Source: an uncultured Acidobacteriota bacterium (GTDB lineage Bacteria > Acidobacteriota > Terriglobia > Terriglobales > SCQP01). From it: a stretch of 64,000 bases of DNA. The position numbers and the translations under genes were made by a program. The notes beneath the pieces were generated by a model that had not been told where the DNA came from, searched no databases, and saw nothing but the letters and a program-made list of their open reading frames with translations. The stretch lies in contig CALEJU010000036.1 of NCBI GenBank assembly GCA_937898755.1, positions 214,545 to 278,544 on the forward strand. Direction: 5' to 3'. Shown here piece after piece: positions 8,601 to 17,761 of this stretch; position 1 is the first letter of the stretch, and the number at the start of each line of letters is the position of its first letter.

Positions 8601-9152
8601 TCAGTCGCCGCGCCAAATGCGCCACGTCTTCTCTCCCCGAGAGAGACCGCTGCTGGCGCGTACACAAATGACCGCACCGCCTGCGGGTAGCCGCACCCGC
8701 GCCAGCCCATCCGGGCTAACCGGCAACAGCACCTCAGGCGCCGCCCGGCCGTCTTCCTGCACCCGCACCCATAGTTGGCATTGCGGCACGGCAGCACTTT
8801 CCCGTCGCAGACGCAAGGTCAGGTCCCCCGCCTCCAGAGCCGCTTCAATCTCCAGAGCCGGCCCACGTCCACGCAGATTGCCCGCCTGCAGTTGCGCAAT
8901 CACCGCGGCATGCTGTGCCCGAAGCTGCTCGGCCTGTGCCGGAGACGACAGTGGCGCCCGCTCCAGAAACTGCACAATCCCACCTTGGAAAATGGTGGTC
9001 TCGATGGCCGGCGCGGGACGGGTGCAAGGCTCCGTCTGCACATGAAAGAGCTCGTCGCCTGCTCTCACGTCGGTGTTGAAGCCGTAGGTCACGGTGGAAT
9101 CCGAGCTGTTCCGGAAAATTGGCACCCGGTGCGGAGGGACCTTCCTTGACAC
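8601..9152 (-). CDS. Hypothetical protein (no family recognised)
   Basis: 183 aa with GTG start. Soluble and Ala/Arg-rich. The N-terminal segment is YGFNTDVRAGDELFHVQTEPCTRPAPAIETTIFQGGIV. Divergent from the nuo operon. The coding call rests on ORF length and position only. Confidence 0.45.
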   Translation of the reverse strand: MSRKVPPHRVPIFRNSSDSTVTYGFNTDVRAGDELFHVQTEPCTRPAPAIETTIFQGGIVQFLERAPLSSPAQAEQLRAQHAAVIAQLQAGNLRGRGPALEIEAALEAGDLTLRLRRESAAVPQCQLWVRVQEDGRAAPEVLLPVSPDGLARVRLPAGGAVICVRASSGLSRGEKTWRIWRGD

Positions 9153-9367
9153 TGCGCGAGTCGGGCCCGTATATTCGAATGTCCGACAACGCTCGAATCG
9201 CGGTCAGTATAGCATCCGGGAATCGCCACTCGTACCCCGGCAGCAACTTCGTAAGGTCTTCACTTCCCAGAGGTTGAGCTGGGAAACTCAGGGTTCGGCA
9301 CTGCACCCGCCTCATGACGAAGGGGAACTGGGCGCGATGCGGGTCAGACCCATTCCGGCCCAAAACC

Positions 9368-9754
9368 ATGCCGCAGAACTACATGACCAATTACCTGCCG
9401 ATCCTGATCCAGCTCGTGCTGGCGATCGGCTTGTCGGTGGTCATCATCACTCTCTCCACCCTGATCGGGCGGCACCGCCGTACCAAGCGCAAGCTGGCGC
9501 CCTACGAGTGCGGCGTGGCTCCCGAGGGGGATGCCAGTAGCCGCTTTGCCGTCAAGTTTTACCTGGTTGCCATCATCTTCATCCTTTTCGATATTGAAGC
9601 GGTGTTCCTGATTCCCTGGGCGGTGGTCTTCCGCTCACTGAAGCTCGCCGGCTTCTTTGAAATGGTGGTGTACGTGGCCATCGTGCTGGCCGGGTTCAGC
9701 TACATCTGGAAAAAAGGCGTGCTGGACTGGAACACGCCGGAACGGGCGGAATAA
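9368..9754 (+). CDS. nuoA: NADH-quinone oxidoreductase subunit A
   Basis: Internal ATG at 9368 (MPQNYMTNYLPILIQLVLAIG...). 128 aa with 3 TM helices and the conserved APYECG and FDIE motifs. Confidence 0.93.
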   Translation: MPQNYMTNYLPILIQLVLAIGLSVVIITLSTLIGRHRRTKRKLAPYECGVAPEGDASSRFAVKFYLVAIIFILFDIEAVFLIPWAVVFRSLKLAGFFEMVVYVAIVLAGFSYIWKKGVLDWNTPERAE

Positions 9755-9757
9755 TAT

Positions 9758-10258
9758 TTGACTCGCCGCCTGCACGCGGCTCCTACTCTCATGCTGGCTG
9801 ACGATCTTCTGCAGTACCCCGCCGTAGCCCGGCTTCATGCCGCGCACCCGGAATCCATTCTTGAAGGCGCATTCGCCCGCAAGGAGCTGACCTTGGTCAT
9901 CGCCCGCGAGGCGATTCTGCCGTCAGCACGCCTGCTCCGCGACGACCTTGGCTACGACCTGCTCTCCGATATCACGTGCGTGGACTGGTATCCGCTTGAC
10001 CCGCGTTTCGAGGTTGTTTACCACCTCTACGCCACCGCCAGCCATCAATTCCTCCGGCTCAAGGTCCGCGCCGGCGTGGCCCAGGAAGTCGCGTCGCTGA
10101 TTCCAGTGTGGCCCTCGGCAAACTGGTTCGAACGCGAAGTGTGGGACCTGTTTGGCGTCCGCTTTACGGGCCATCCCGAACTGCAGCGCATGCTCATGCC
10201 CAACAACTGGGAAGGGCACCCGCTGCGCAAGGACTACCCCGTGGAGGGATATCGCTAA
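9758..10258 (+). CDS. nuoC: NADH-quinone oxidoreductase subunit C
   Basis: 166 aa. The 30-kDa subunit core is present (RFEVVYHLYA...RLKV...PSANWFEREVWDLFGVRFTGHP..RML). It starts 3 nt after the nuoA stop, and a downstream start (MLADD) is also possible. Confidence 0.9.
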   Translation: MTRRLHAAPTLMLADDLLQYPAVARLHAAHPESILEGAFARKELTLVIAREAILPSARLLRDDLGYDLLSDITCVDWYPLDPRFEVVYHLYATASHQFLRLKVRAGVAQEVASLIPVWPSANWFEREVWDLFGVRFTGHPELQRMLMPNNWEGHPLRKDYPVEGYR

Positions 10259-11478
10259 TGGCTGATGTCAGCAGCATCCCCGTCGCGGTGAGCGGCGTCC
10301 ATGTCGAGACCAAGGGCAAGCACCTGCTTCTCAACATGGGGCCGCAGCACCCCTCGACCCACGGCGTTCTCCGTCTGGTATTGGAAATTGACGGCGAGGT
10401 GGTCGTCAATGCCACGCCTGATATCGGCTACCTCCATACCGGCATTGAAAAGTCCTGCGAATCCAAGTACTACCAGCAGGTGGTCACGCTGACGGACCGC
10501 ATCGACTATCTCTGCCCGCTCACCAACAATCTTTGCTATGTACTCGCAGTCGAGAAGCTGATCGGCATGGAAGTGCCGCGCCGGGCACAGTGGATCCGCG
10601 TGCTGCTGAACGAACTATCCCGCATCAGCAGCCATCTCGTCTGGCTGGGCACCCACGCCCTGGATATCGGGGCGATGAGCGTTTTCCTGTACTGCTTCCG
10701 CGAACGCGAAGAGATCCTCAAGATCTACGAATATGTCAGCGGCCAGCGCATGATGACGTCCTACTTCCGCATTGGAGGCGTGGCGCTGGAGCCGCCGCTC
10801 GGCATGCTGGATCGCGTGCGAGCTTTCCTCAAGACGTTCCCGGACAAAATCGCAGAGTACGAAACGCTGCTTACGCACAACCCCATCTGGCTGGGCCGCA
10901 CCCAGAACGTCGGCTACTTATCGGCGGCGGACTGTCTGGCTTGGGGTGTCACCGGCCCCTGTCTGCGGGCCGTCGGAATACCGCTCGATCTGCGCAAGAC
11001 CAACCCGTATTCCGCCTACAACGAGTTCGACTTCGACGTGCCGGTCCGCACCGAGGGCGACGTCTACGCCCGTTACATGGTTCGGATTGACGAGATGAAA
11101 CAAAGCGTCCGTATCGTGCAACAGGCCGTGGACGGCATGCCGGAAGGGCCGTTCAAGGCTTCTGCCGAGGGCATCGTGCTGCCCGACCGCGACAAGATGA
11201 AGTCGGAGATGGAAGCTCTCATCTACCACTTCAAGATCGTGACCGAGGGCTTCAAGATCCCGGCCGGCGAAGCGTACCAGGCGATTGAATCGCCCCGCGG
11301 CCAGATGGGCTACTACATCGTCTCCGACGGCACCTCAAAGCCTTACCGCGTCCATGTCCGCTCCGCCTCGTTCGGTAATCTGCAGGCCCTGCCCCGCATG
11401 GTGGAAGGGCGATTGTTGGCCGACGTGGTCGCCATCATCGGCAGCATCGATATCGTGCTCGGCGAGGTGGACCGGTGA
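10258..11478 (+). CDS. nuoD: NADH-quinone oxidoreductase subunit D
   Basis: The ATG at 10258 overlaps the nuoC TAA (TAATG). MADVSS...LNMGPQHPSTHGVLRL...ESPRGQMGYY... is a 49-kDa/NiFe-hydrogenase large-subunit-like fold. 406 aa. Confidence 0.95.
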   Translation: MADVSSIPVAVSGVHVETKGKHLLLNMGPQHPSTHGVLRLVLEIDGEVVVNATPDIGYLHTGIEKSCESKYYQQVVTLTDRIDYLCPLTNNLCYVLAVEKLIGMEVPRRAQWIRVLLNELSRISSHLVWLGTHALDIGAMSVFLYCFREREEILKIYEYVSGQRMMTSYFRIGGVALEPPLGMLDRVRAFLKTFPDKIAEYETLLTHNPIWLGRTQNVGYLSAADCLAWGVTGPCLRAVGIPLDLRKTNPYSAYNEFDFDVPVRTEGDVYARYMVRIDEMKQSVRIVQQAVDGMPEGPFKASAEGIVLPDRDKMKSEMEALIYHFKIVTEGFKIPAGEAYQAIESPRGQMGYYIVSDGTSKPYRVHVRSASFGNLQALPRMVEGRLLADVVAIIGSIDIVLGEVDR

Positions 11479-11576
11479 CCCTGGCATTCAGCTCCTGCCC
11501 GGGGTGCGGGCGGGCACTCCCTGGCCAAGCCGACAATCCGCATCCCTAACCGTGAACCGCGAACTTTCTAGCGCCT

Positions 11577-12062
11577 ATGTCGATTTTTAGTCCGCAATTG
11601 AATACCCGCTTCGATGAGCTCTTGAAGCGCTATCCCGTACCGCGTTCGGCCATGGTGCCGATGCTGCTCTATGCACAGGACGAGCTGGGCTATCTCACCC
11701 CGGAAGCCATCCGCGAAATCGCCGCTCGGCTCGATGAATCGGAGTTGGCGGTGCACGAGGTGATCGGCTACTACTCGATGCTGCGCACCAAGCCGGCCGG
11801 CCGTTTTCACGTTCAGGTCTGCACCAACATCAGTTGCCTGCTGCGCGGCGGCGAGGAAATCTTCGAACATTGCAAGCAACGTCTGGGCGTCAACAACCAC
11901 GGCGTCACTCCCGACGGTCTCTTCTCGTTGGAAGAGGTGGAGTGCATCGGGGCCTGTTCATGGGCGCCTGCCGTGCAGGTCAACTACGACTTTCACGAGA
12001 ACTTGACGGTGGCCAAGCTGGACCAGGTGCTCGACAAATACCGTACCGGAGGCGTCCAGTGA
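11577..12062 (+). CDS. nuoE: NADH-quinone oxidoreductase subunit E (24 kDa, 2Fe-2S)
   Basis: 161 aa. Cys ligand pattern C-x4-C...C-x3-C (VCTNISCLLRG...ECIGACSWAP). Confidence 0.93.
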   Translation: MSIFSPQLNTRFDELLKRYPVPRSAMVPMLLYAQDELGYLTPEAIREIAARLDESELAVHEVIGYYSMLRTKPAGRFHVQVCTNISCLLRGGEEIFEHCKQRLGVNNHGVTPDGLFSLEEVECIGACSWAPAVQVNYDFHENLTVAKLDQVLDKYRTGGVQ

Positions 12063-13402
12063 GCTTTCCCGTGGCCAAGGCGCATCCGCTCGAAGTACGG
12101 GTGGTCAGCAAACGCTTCGATATTCCGGACGCCAACACCCTGCCGGTCTATCTCGCACACGACGGCTTCAAGGCTTTGGAGAAGGCCTTCCGCCTGGCCC
12201 CCGAGGCGATCATCGAAGAAGTCAAGGTCTCCTCCTTGCGCGGTCGTGGCGGCGCCGGTTTCCCCACCGGCATGAAGTGGTCCTTTGTGCCCAAGCAGTC
12301 CGCTAAACCGAAGTACGTCCTGTGCAATGCCGACGAGAGTGAACCGGGTACCTGCAAGGACCGGTTGATCATGCAATACGACCCGTTCGCGATGATCGAA
12401 GGCATGCTCATCGCCGGCCGGGCGATTGATGCCCACCAGGGCTACATCTTCATCCGGGGGGAATATCGCTACCTGGTTGATGTCGTGGAGCGCGCCATCG
12501 CGGAAGCGTATGCCGCCGGCTACCTCGGGAAGAATATCCGCGGCAGCGGATTCGACTTCGAGCTCTCTGCGCACACCGGAGCGGGAGCCTACGAGTGCGG
12601 CGAGGAATCCGCCCTCATGGAATCGCTCGAAGGGAAACGCGGCATTCCACGTCTCAAGCCTCCCTTCCCCGCCACCTCCGGTCTTTACGGAGGCCCCACC
12701 GTCATCAACAATGTCGAGACCCTCGCCACCATCCCTCACATCATCCTCGGCGGCGGAGCTTGGTTTCTCGGCTTGGGCTTGCCAAAAAACGGGGGAACCA
12801 AGCTGACTTGTCTCAGTGGACACGTCAACAATCCCGGAGTCTACGAGTTACCGCTCGGGTTTCCGCTGAAGCGGCTGATCGAGGAGATCGGTGGCGGCAT
12901 TCTCGGTGGCAAAAAACTGAAGGCCGTGGTCCCCGGCGGCTCCTCGACCCCCATCTTTAATGCCGCCGAGGCGGAGACGCTCACCCTCGACTTCGACGCG
13001 GTCGCCAAAGCCGGGTCGTTTCTCGGTTCCGGCGGGGTCGTGGTGCTGCACGAAGAGACCTGTATGGTGAAGTTCGCCACGCGCATCATGCAGTTCTACA
13101 AGCACGAGTCCTGCGGCTGGTGCGTCCCCTGCCGCGAGGGGACCAACTGGTTGTTGCTCACTCTCGGCCGTGTGCACCGTGGCGGCGGTCGGGCAAAGGA
13201 CATTGACCTGATCCGCGAGGTCTCGGAAAATATTCTTGGCCGCACTTTTTGTGCGTTGGGGGATGCGGCGGCCATGCCGACGCTTTCCATCATCAAGAAA
13301 TTTCGCGAAGAGTTCGAAGCGCATTTGGATGGCAGACCCTGCCCCTATGCCCCGACCCTGGTGCCGCGCGCGCCGGCGGCCGGGCCGTTTGTGACCGTTT
13401 AG
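12059..13402 (+). CDS. nuoF: NADH-quinone oxidoreductase subunit F (51 kDa, FMN/NADH site, 4Fe-4S)
   Basis: The track ORF starts far upstream at TTG 11834, inside nuoE. GTG 12059 overlaps the nuoE stop (GTGA) and gives VSFPVAKAHPLEVRVV.... Motifs GRGGAGFPTG, ESEPGT and ESCGWCVPCREG are present. Confidence 0.94.
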   Translation: MSFPVAKAHPLEVRVVSKRFDIPDANTLPVYLAHDGFKALEKAFRLAPEAIIEEVKVSSLRGRGGAGFPTGMKWSFVPKQSAKPKYVLCNADESEPGTCKDRLIMQYDPFAMIEGMLIAGRAIDAHQGYIFIRGEYRYLVDVVERAIAEAYAAGYLGKNIRGSGFDFELSAHTGAGAYECGEESALMESLEGKRGIPRLKPPFPATSGLYGGPTVINNVETLATIPHIILGGGAWFLGLGLPKNGGTKLTCLSGHVNNPGVYELPLGFPLKRLIEEIGGGILGGKKLKAVVPGGSSTPIFNAAEAETLTLDFDAVAKAGSFLGSGGVVVLHEETCMVKFATRIMQFYKHESCGWCVPCREGTNWLLLTLGRVHRGGGRAKDIDLIREVSENILGRTFCALGDAAAMPTLSIIKKFREEFEAHLDGRPCPYAPTLVPRAPAAGPFVTV

Positions 13403-13509
13403 GACAGGTGGCGAACCTGCGACTCTGCGGATCGGGGTTGGCACGCACCGCCTACGTGGGAGTCAGATCCCACGAGGCGAACGCAATGGAATCGTGGTTT
13501 TAAGGCGCT

Positions 13510-15795
13510 ATGGCAGACACCGAAAAGTTGGTTACGTTCACGGTTAACGACCGCAAACTCGCCGCTCCGGCGGGGACACTGCTCATCGAGGCCTGCAAGA
13601 CGGCCAACGTTGAAGTGCCGTCGTTCTGCTATTACCCCAATCTCTCCCTGCAGGCCGCCTGCCGTATGTGCCTCGTCGAAATCGAGAAAATGCCCAAGCT
13701 GCAGACCGCCTGTACCGTACTGGTGGCCGAGGGCATGGTGGTGCAGACTGAAAGCGAGCCCGTCCGCAAGGCGCGCAAGTCAGCGCTGGAGTTTATTCTC
13801 ACCAATCACCCGTTGGATTGTCCGGTTTGTGACGCCGGAGGCGAGTGTGAACTGCAGGATATGACCTTCCGCTACGGCGCTGCGGAAAGCCGCTTCGTCG
13901 AGATCAAGCAGCACCGTGACGAACAACAATGGTCGCCGGTGGTCTACTTCGACCGGCCGCGCTGCATCCTCTGCTACCGCTGCGTGCGCGTCTGCGGCGA
14001 GGGCATGGACGTTTGGGCGCTCGGCGTCGGCAACCGCGGGGTCAGTTCAGTCATCATCCCCAACAAGCAGGATCACCTGGAGTGCGAAGAATGCGGAATG
14101 TGCATTGACATCTGCCCGGTCGGGGCCCTGACCAGCGGTGCCTACCGCTATAAGACACGTCCCTGGGAGATGAAGCATGTCGCCAACGTCTGTACTTTCT
14201 GCGGCGACGGCTGCAAGACGACGCTCGGGATCCGCAACGACGAGATCGTACGCGGCGACAACCGCGACAAGAGCGGCATCAACGGCGATTTCCTGTGCAT
14301 TAAAGGACGCTACGGCTTCGACTTCACCCAGCACAAGGACCGCCTGCGCCAGCCGCTGGTGCGCGTGGACGGCGTGCTGAAGCCGGTGAGCTGGGCGTTT
14401 GCGCTCCAGACGGTGGCACGCCGTTTCCAGGAAACCCAGGCTGCGGGTCGCCCGATCGGTGTCCTGGGTTCGACGCGGACGGTGAACGAAGAGAACTACC
14501 AGCTCCAAAAGTTTGCCCGGCGCGTCCTGCAAACCAATCACATTGACCATCACCGCACGGCCGACTTCCCCGCCCTTTATGATGCGCTCGCCGGCAAGCA
14601 CTCCCCTGTCCCGCTCGCCGCGTCCGAAGACCTCAAGACCGCCAAAGCGGTGTTCCTGATCGGCAGCGACCCGACCAACGAACACCCCCTCCTCGCGTGG
14701 AACCTGCGCTGGGGCTATCGGCTCAATAAGACCCGCCTCTACCTTCTCAACAGCCAGCCGATCAAGCTGCGCCGTCAGGCGTTCCGCGCGGCCATCGTGC
14801 CGGCAGGCAGCGAAGGGCAGGCTATCCGTTTCCTGAACGGCGGAGGCGCCGTGAAGGCGACTCTTAGTCAGACCGCCGGGCCCGACGACAAGCGCTGGCC
14901 ACAAACCCCCGCCTCCCGCCCCGAAGCAACGCAGGAAACACTCGGTGATTTTCGCGAGCGTTTGCAGAAGGAATCCGACGTCATCATCGTCTTCGGTGCC
15001 GAGTTGCGCGGCGACGACATCCACGAACTGGTCAAGTTCGGGTCCAGCCTGCCGGGAACGACCCGCTACATCGCCCTGGCCGACAACGCCAACTCGCACG
15101 GCGCAGCCGACATGGGTCTCTACCCTGACCTGTTGCCCGGCTATACACCGGTCGCGGATGTGGCGGCGCGGCAACGCTTCGAGAGTCTCTGGGGGGGAGC
15201 CATTCCTTCCGCTCCCGGCATGGATGCCGGGGACATCCTGGGCACGGCCGGCAAAGGAGAATTGGGCGCGCTTTATGTGGTCGGCTCCAACCCGTTCCGT
15301 CACCATCCCGTTGATCCGGCCGCCCTGCGCACTACCTTCGTCGTCGTTCAAGACCTGTTCTTGACGGAGACCGCCAAACAAGCGGACGTCGTCCTGCCGG
15401 CCCTCTCCGCCTACGAGAAGCAGGGCACCCTCACCAACACCTGCGGCGAGGTGCAATTGCAGAAGGGTGGCGCCCTGTTTGAAGGCGCCAAGACCGATCT
15501 CGAGATTCTGCACACCCTGGCCGGTTTGCTCGGGCACAAGTGGGCCGCCCCGGATGCCGACGAGATCTTTACCGAGATCCGCGGCAACGTGAAGGGCTAC
15601 AACGTGTCTCTCGTGCAGGTGCTGGCGGGGAGTAGTGCGCTGAGCATGTCGGTCAACGGACCGGTTCCCCATCAGCATGCGCTGACGCAAATTCAGCCCA
15701 ATCGCGATTCGTTGTTCACCGCGGGCAGCCTGGGACGTTACAGCACGGCGTTGAACGCCATCCTGGAAAAGCGCCTGCGGGCGGAGAAGGTTTAG
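13510..15795 (+). CDS. nuoG: NADH-quinone oxidoreductase subunit G (75 kDa)
   Basis: 761 aa. N-terminal 2Fe-2S ferredoxin-like region (CYYPNLSLQAACRMCLVE), HPLDCPVCDAGGECELQ, 4Fe-4S motifs (CILCYRCVRVC, CEECGMCIDICPVGA) and a molybdopterin-oxidoreductase-like C-terminal domain. Confidence 0.95.
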   Translation: MADTEKLVTFTVNDRKLAAPAGTLLIEACKTANVEVPSFCYYPNLSLQAACRMCLVEIEKMPKLQTACTVLVAEGMVVQTESEPVRKARKSALEFILTNHPLDCPVCDAGGECELQDMTFRYGAAESRFVEIKQHRDEQQWSPVVYFDRPRCILCYRCVRVCGEGMDVWALGVGNRGVSSVIIPNKQDHLECEECGMCIDICPVGALTSGAYRYKTRPWEMKHVANVCTFCGDGCKTTLGIRNDEIVRGDNRDKSGINGDFLCIKGRYGFDFTQHKDRLRQPLVRVDGVLKPVSWAFALQTVARRFQETQAAGRPIGVLGSTRTVNEENYQLQKFARRVLQTNHIDHHRTADFPALYDALAGKHSPVPLAASEDLKTAKAVFLIGSDPTNEHPLLAWNLRWGYRLNKTRLYLLNSQPIKLRRQAFRAAIVPAGSEGQAIRFLNGGGAVKATLSQTAGPDDKRWPQTPASRPEATQETLGDFRERLQKESDVIIVFGAELRGDDIHELVKFGSSLPGTTRYIALADNANSHGAADMGLYPDLLPGYTPVADVAARQRFESLWGGAIPSAPGMDAGDILGTAGKGELGALYVVGSNPFRHHPVDPAALRTTFVVVQDLFLTETAKQADVVLPALSAYEKQGTLTNTCGEVQLQKGGALFEGAKTDLEILHTLAGLLGHKWAAPDADEIFTEIRGNVKGYNVSLVQVLAGSSALSMSVNGPVPHQHALTQIQPNRDSLFTAGSLGRYSTALNAILEKRLRAEKV

Positions 15796-15800
15796 GCCTC

Positions 15801-16817
15801 ATGCCCAACGCCACTTTTTTTCTGATCTCGCTGGTCAAGTGCGGGGTCGTGCTGTTTGTGCTCCTCACGCTGGTGGCCTACATCCAGCTGGCGGAACGCA
15901 AGATCGTGGGCCGGATGCAGTCCCGCGTCGGCCCCACGCGCGTCGGCCCCTTCGGTCTGCTGCAACCGGCTGCCGACGCAATCAAGTTCATCCTCAAGGA
16001 AGACATCACCCCCGATAGCGCCCACAAATTCCTTTACCTGCTCTCGCCGGCGCTCTCCGCCACGCTCTCCATGCTGGCGATCACCGTGATTCCGATCGGT
16101 GGCGGCACAGTACGCCTCTTCGGCCAGAACACGCCGATGCAAATCACCGACATTAACGTCGGCTTGCTGTTCATCCTGGGCGTGACGTCGCTGGGCGTCT
16201 ACGGCATCGTCCTTGCCGGTTGGTCGTCCAACAGCAAATATTCCCTGCTTGGCTCGCTGCGCGGCGCCTCCCAGATGGTCAGCTACGAGCTCGCGCTCGG
16301 CTTGGCCTTGATCGGACCCATCATCCTCGCCGGCTCACTCAGCCTGCGCCATATCGTCGAAGCCCAGCAACACTACTGGTTCATCGTTCCCCAGTTCCTT
16401 GCCTTCCTGATCTACCTGACGGCGGCATTTGCCGAGACCAATCGCATCCCTTTCGACCTGCCGGAAGCGGAAGGCGAACTGGGAGCCGGGTACCACACCG
16501 AGTACAGCGCCATGAAGTTCGCCCTCTTCTTCCTGGCGGAGTACATCAATATGATCACCGTCAGTTGCGTTGCCACCCTGGTTTTCTTGGGCGGTTGGCA
16601 CGGACCGGTGTTCGGACCTGCGCTGCTACGAGCGATTCTTCCCCTTGTCTGGTTTGTCCTCAAGGTCTGCTTCTTCCTGTTCCTCTACATCTGGGTGCGT
16701 GGCACCTTGCCGCGCTTCCGCTACGACCAGTTGATGGCGTTCGGTTGGAAGGTGCTGGTGCCGCTGGCGCTGGGCAACATCCTGGTGACCAGCTTGATCG
16801 TTGGCCTGCTCGCCTGA
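15801..16817 (+). CDS. nuoH: NADH-quinone oxidoreductase subunit H
   Basis: 338 aa, polytopic. Conserved [29 protein letters not shown] and [13 protein letters not shown] motifs. Confidence 0.95.
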   Translation: MPNATFFLISLVKCGVVLFVLLTLVAYIQLAERKIVGRMQSRVGPTRVGPFGLLQPAADAIKFILKEDITPDSAHKFLYLLSPALSATLSMLAITVIPIGGGTVRLFGQNTPMQITDINVGLLFILGVTSLGVYGIVLAGWSSNSKYSLLGSLRGASQMVSYELALGLALIGPIILAGSLSLRHIVEAQQHYWFIVPQFLAFLIYLTAAFAETNRIPFDLPEAEGELGAGYHTEYSAMKFALFFLAEYINMITVSCVATLVFLGGWHGPVFGPALLRAILPLVWFVLKVCFFLFLYIWVRGTLPRFRYDQLMAFGWKVLVPLALGNILVTSLIVGLLA

Positions 16818-16836
16818 GGCGCGCCATGGGAGTGTT

Positions 16837-17403
16837 ATGCAAGTAGCCCTGTTTTTCATCTTTGCGACGCTGGCGGTGGCCGGGGCGGTCAACCTCCTGG
16901 TGCAGCGCGCACCGATCAATGCCGCCCTCTCGCTCGTGGCGGTCATGGGGGCACTGGCGGTGCTCTACCTGCTGCTGGGCGCGGAGTTCATCGCCTTCGT
17001 GCAGATCCTGGTCTATGCCGGGGCGATCATGGTTCTTTTTGTCTTCGTCATCATGCTGCTGAATGCCCAGCCGGACGAAGCCAGTCATCGCAGTCGGGTG
17101 GCGCGCATCATCGGCGTCCCCGCCCTGGTCGCGCTGCTGGTCGAGTTTGCCGGATTCCTGGCCACCCAGTTTTCCGATTCTCCGGTGCGCATGGGTGAGT
17201 ACATTTCGAGCACCGAAGATCTTGGTATGGCCCTCTTTCACCAGTATCTGTTGCCTTTCGAGGTGACGTCGGTCCTCTTCCTTGTGGGTCTGATTGGCGC
17301 GGTGCTGCTCGCCGCACGCCGAGAAGATCCCCCGGCTGCAATGCCCACCGCCGTCTCCTCAAGCAGCGCCAAAACGACGCCGGCAGAGCTTGTCATCCGA
17401 TAG
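16837..17403 (+). CDS. nuoJ: NADH-quinone oxidoreductase subunit J
   Basis: Internal ATG at 16837 ([16 protein letters not shown]...), 19 nt after the nuoH stop. Contains the [21 protein letters not shown] motif. 188 aa. Confidence 0.9.
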   Translation: MQVALFFIFATLAVAGAVNLLVQRAPINAALSLVAVMGALAVLYLLLGAEFIAFVQILVYAGAIMVLFVFVIMLLNAQPDEASHRSRVARIIGVPALVALLVEFAGFLATQFSDSPVRMGEYISSTEDLGMALFHQYLLPFEVTSVLFLVGLIGAVLLAARREDPPAAMPTAVSSSSAKTTPAELVIR

Positions 17404-17422
17404 CAACCCTCGAGAACGCACC

Positions 17423-17725
17423 ATGATCCCGCTTTCCTATTACCTCATCCTGAGCGCCATCCTGTTCTGCCTGGGGGTGGCTGGCTTCATTATCAAAACC
17501 GATGTCATCACCGTCTTCATCTCAATCGAGCTGATGCTCAATGGGGTAAACCTGTCGTTTGTGGCCTTCAGCCACTTCCTGCGCGACATCGGTGGCAACA
17601 TCTTCGTGTTCTTCGTGATGGTAGTCGCCGCCGCCGAGGCGGCGGTGGGACTGGCCATCATCATCGCCGTCTACCGCAATCGCACCACGCTCAACGTGGA
17701 CAAGATGAACCTGTTGAAGCTGTAG
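17423..17725 (+). CDS. nuoK: NADH-quinone oxidoreductase subunit K
   Basis: Internal ATG at 17423. 100 aa with 3 TM helices and conserved [11 protein letters not shown] and [11 protein letters not shown] motifs. Confidence 0.93.
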   Translation: MIPLSYYLILSAILFCLGVAGFIIKTDVITVFISIELMLNGVNLSFVAFSHFLRDIGGNIFVFFVMVVAAAEAAVGLAIIIAVYRNRTTLNVDKMNLLKL

Positions 17726-17761
17726 TCGCGCGTGGGCGGCAATGCCCCAAGGAACTGACGC

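Noticed and set aside
14047-15690. 547-aa minus-strand ORF
   Set aside because: Antisense to nuoG, which has clear Fe-S and molybdopterin-like motifs. It is Arg/Gly/Val-rich with no recognisable domains, so it is a shadow ORF.
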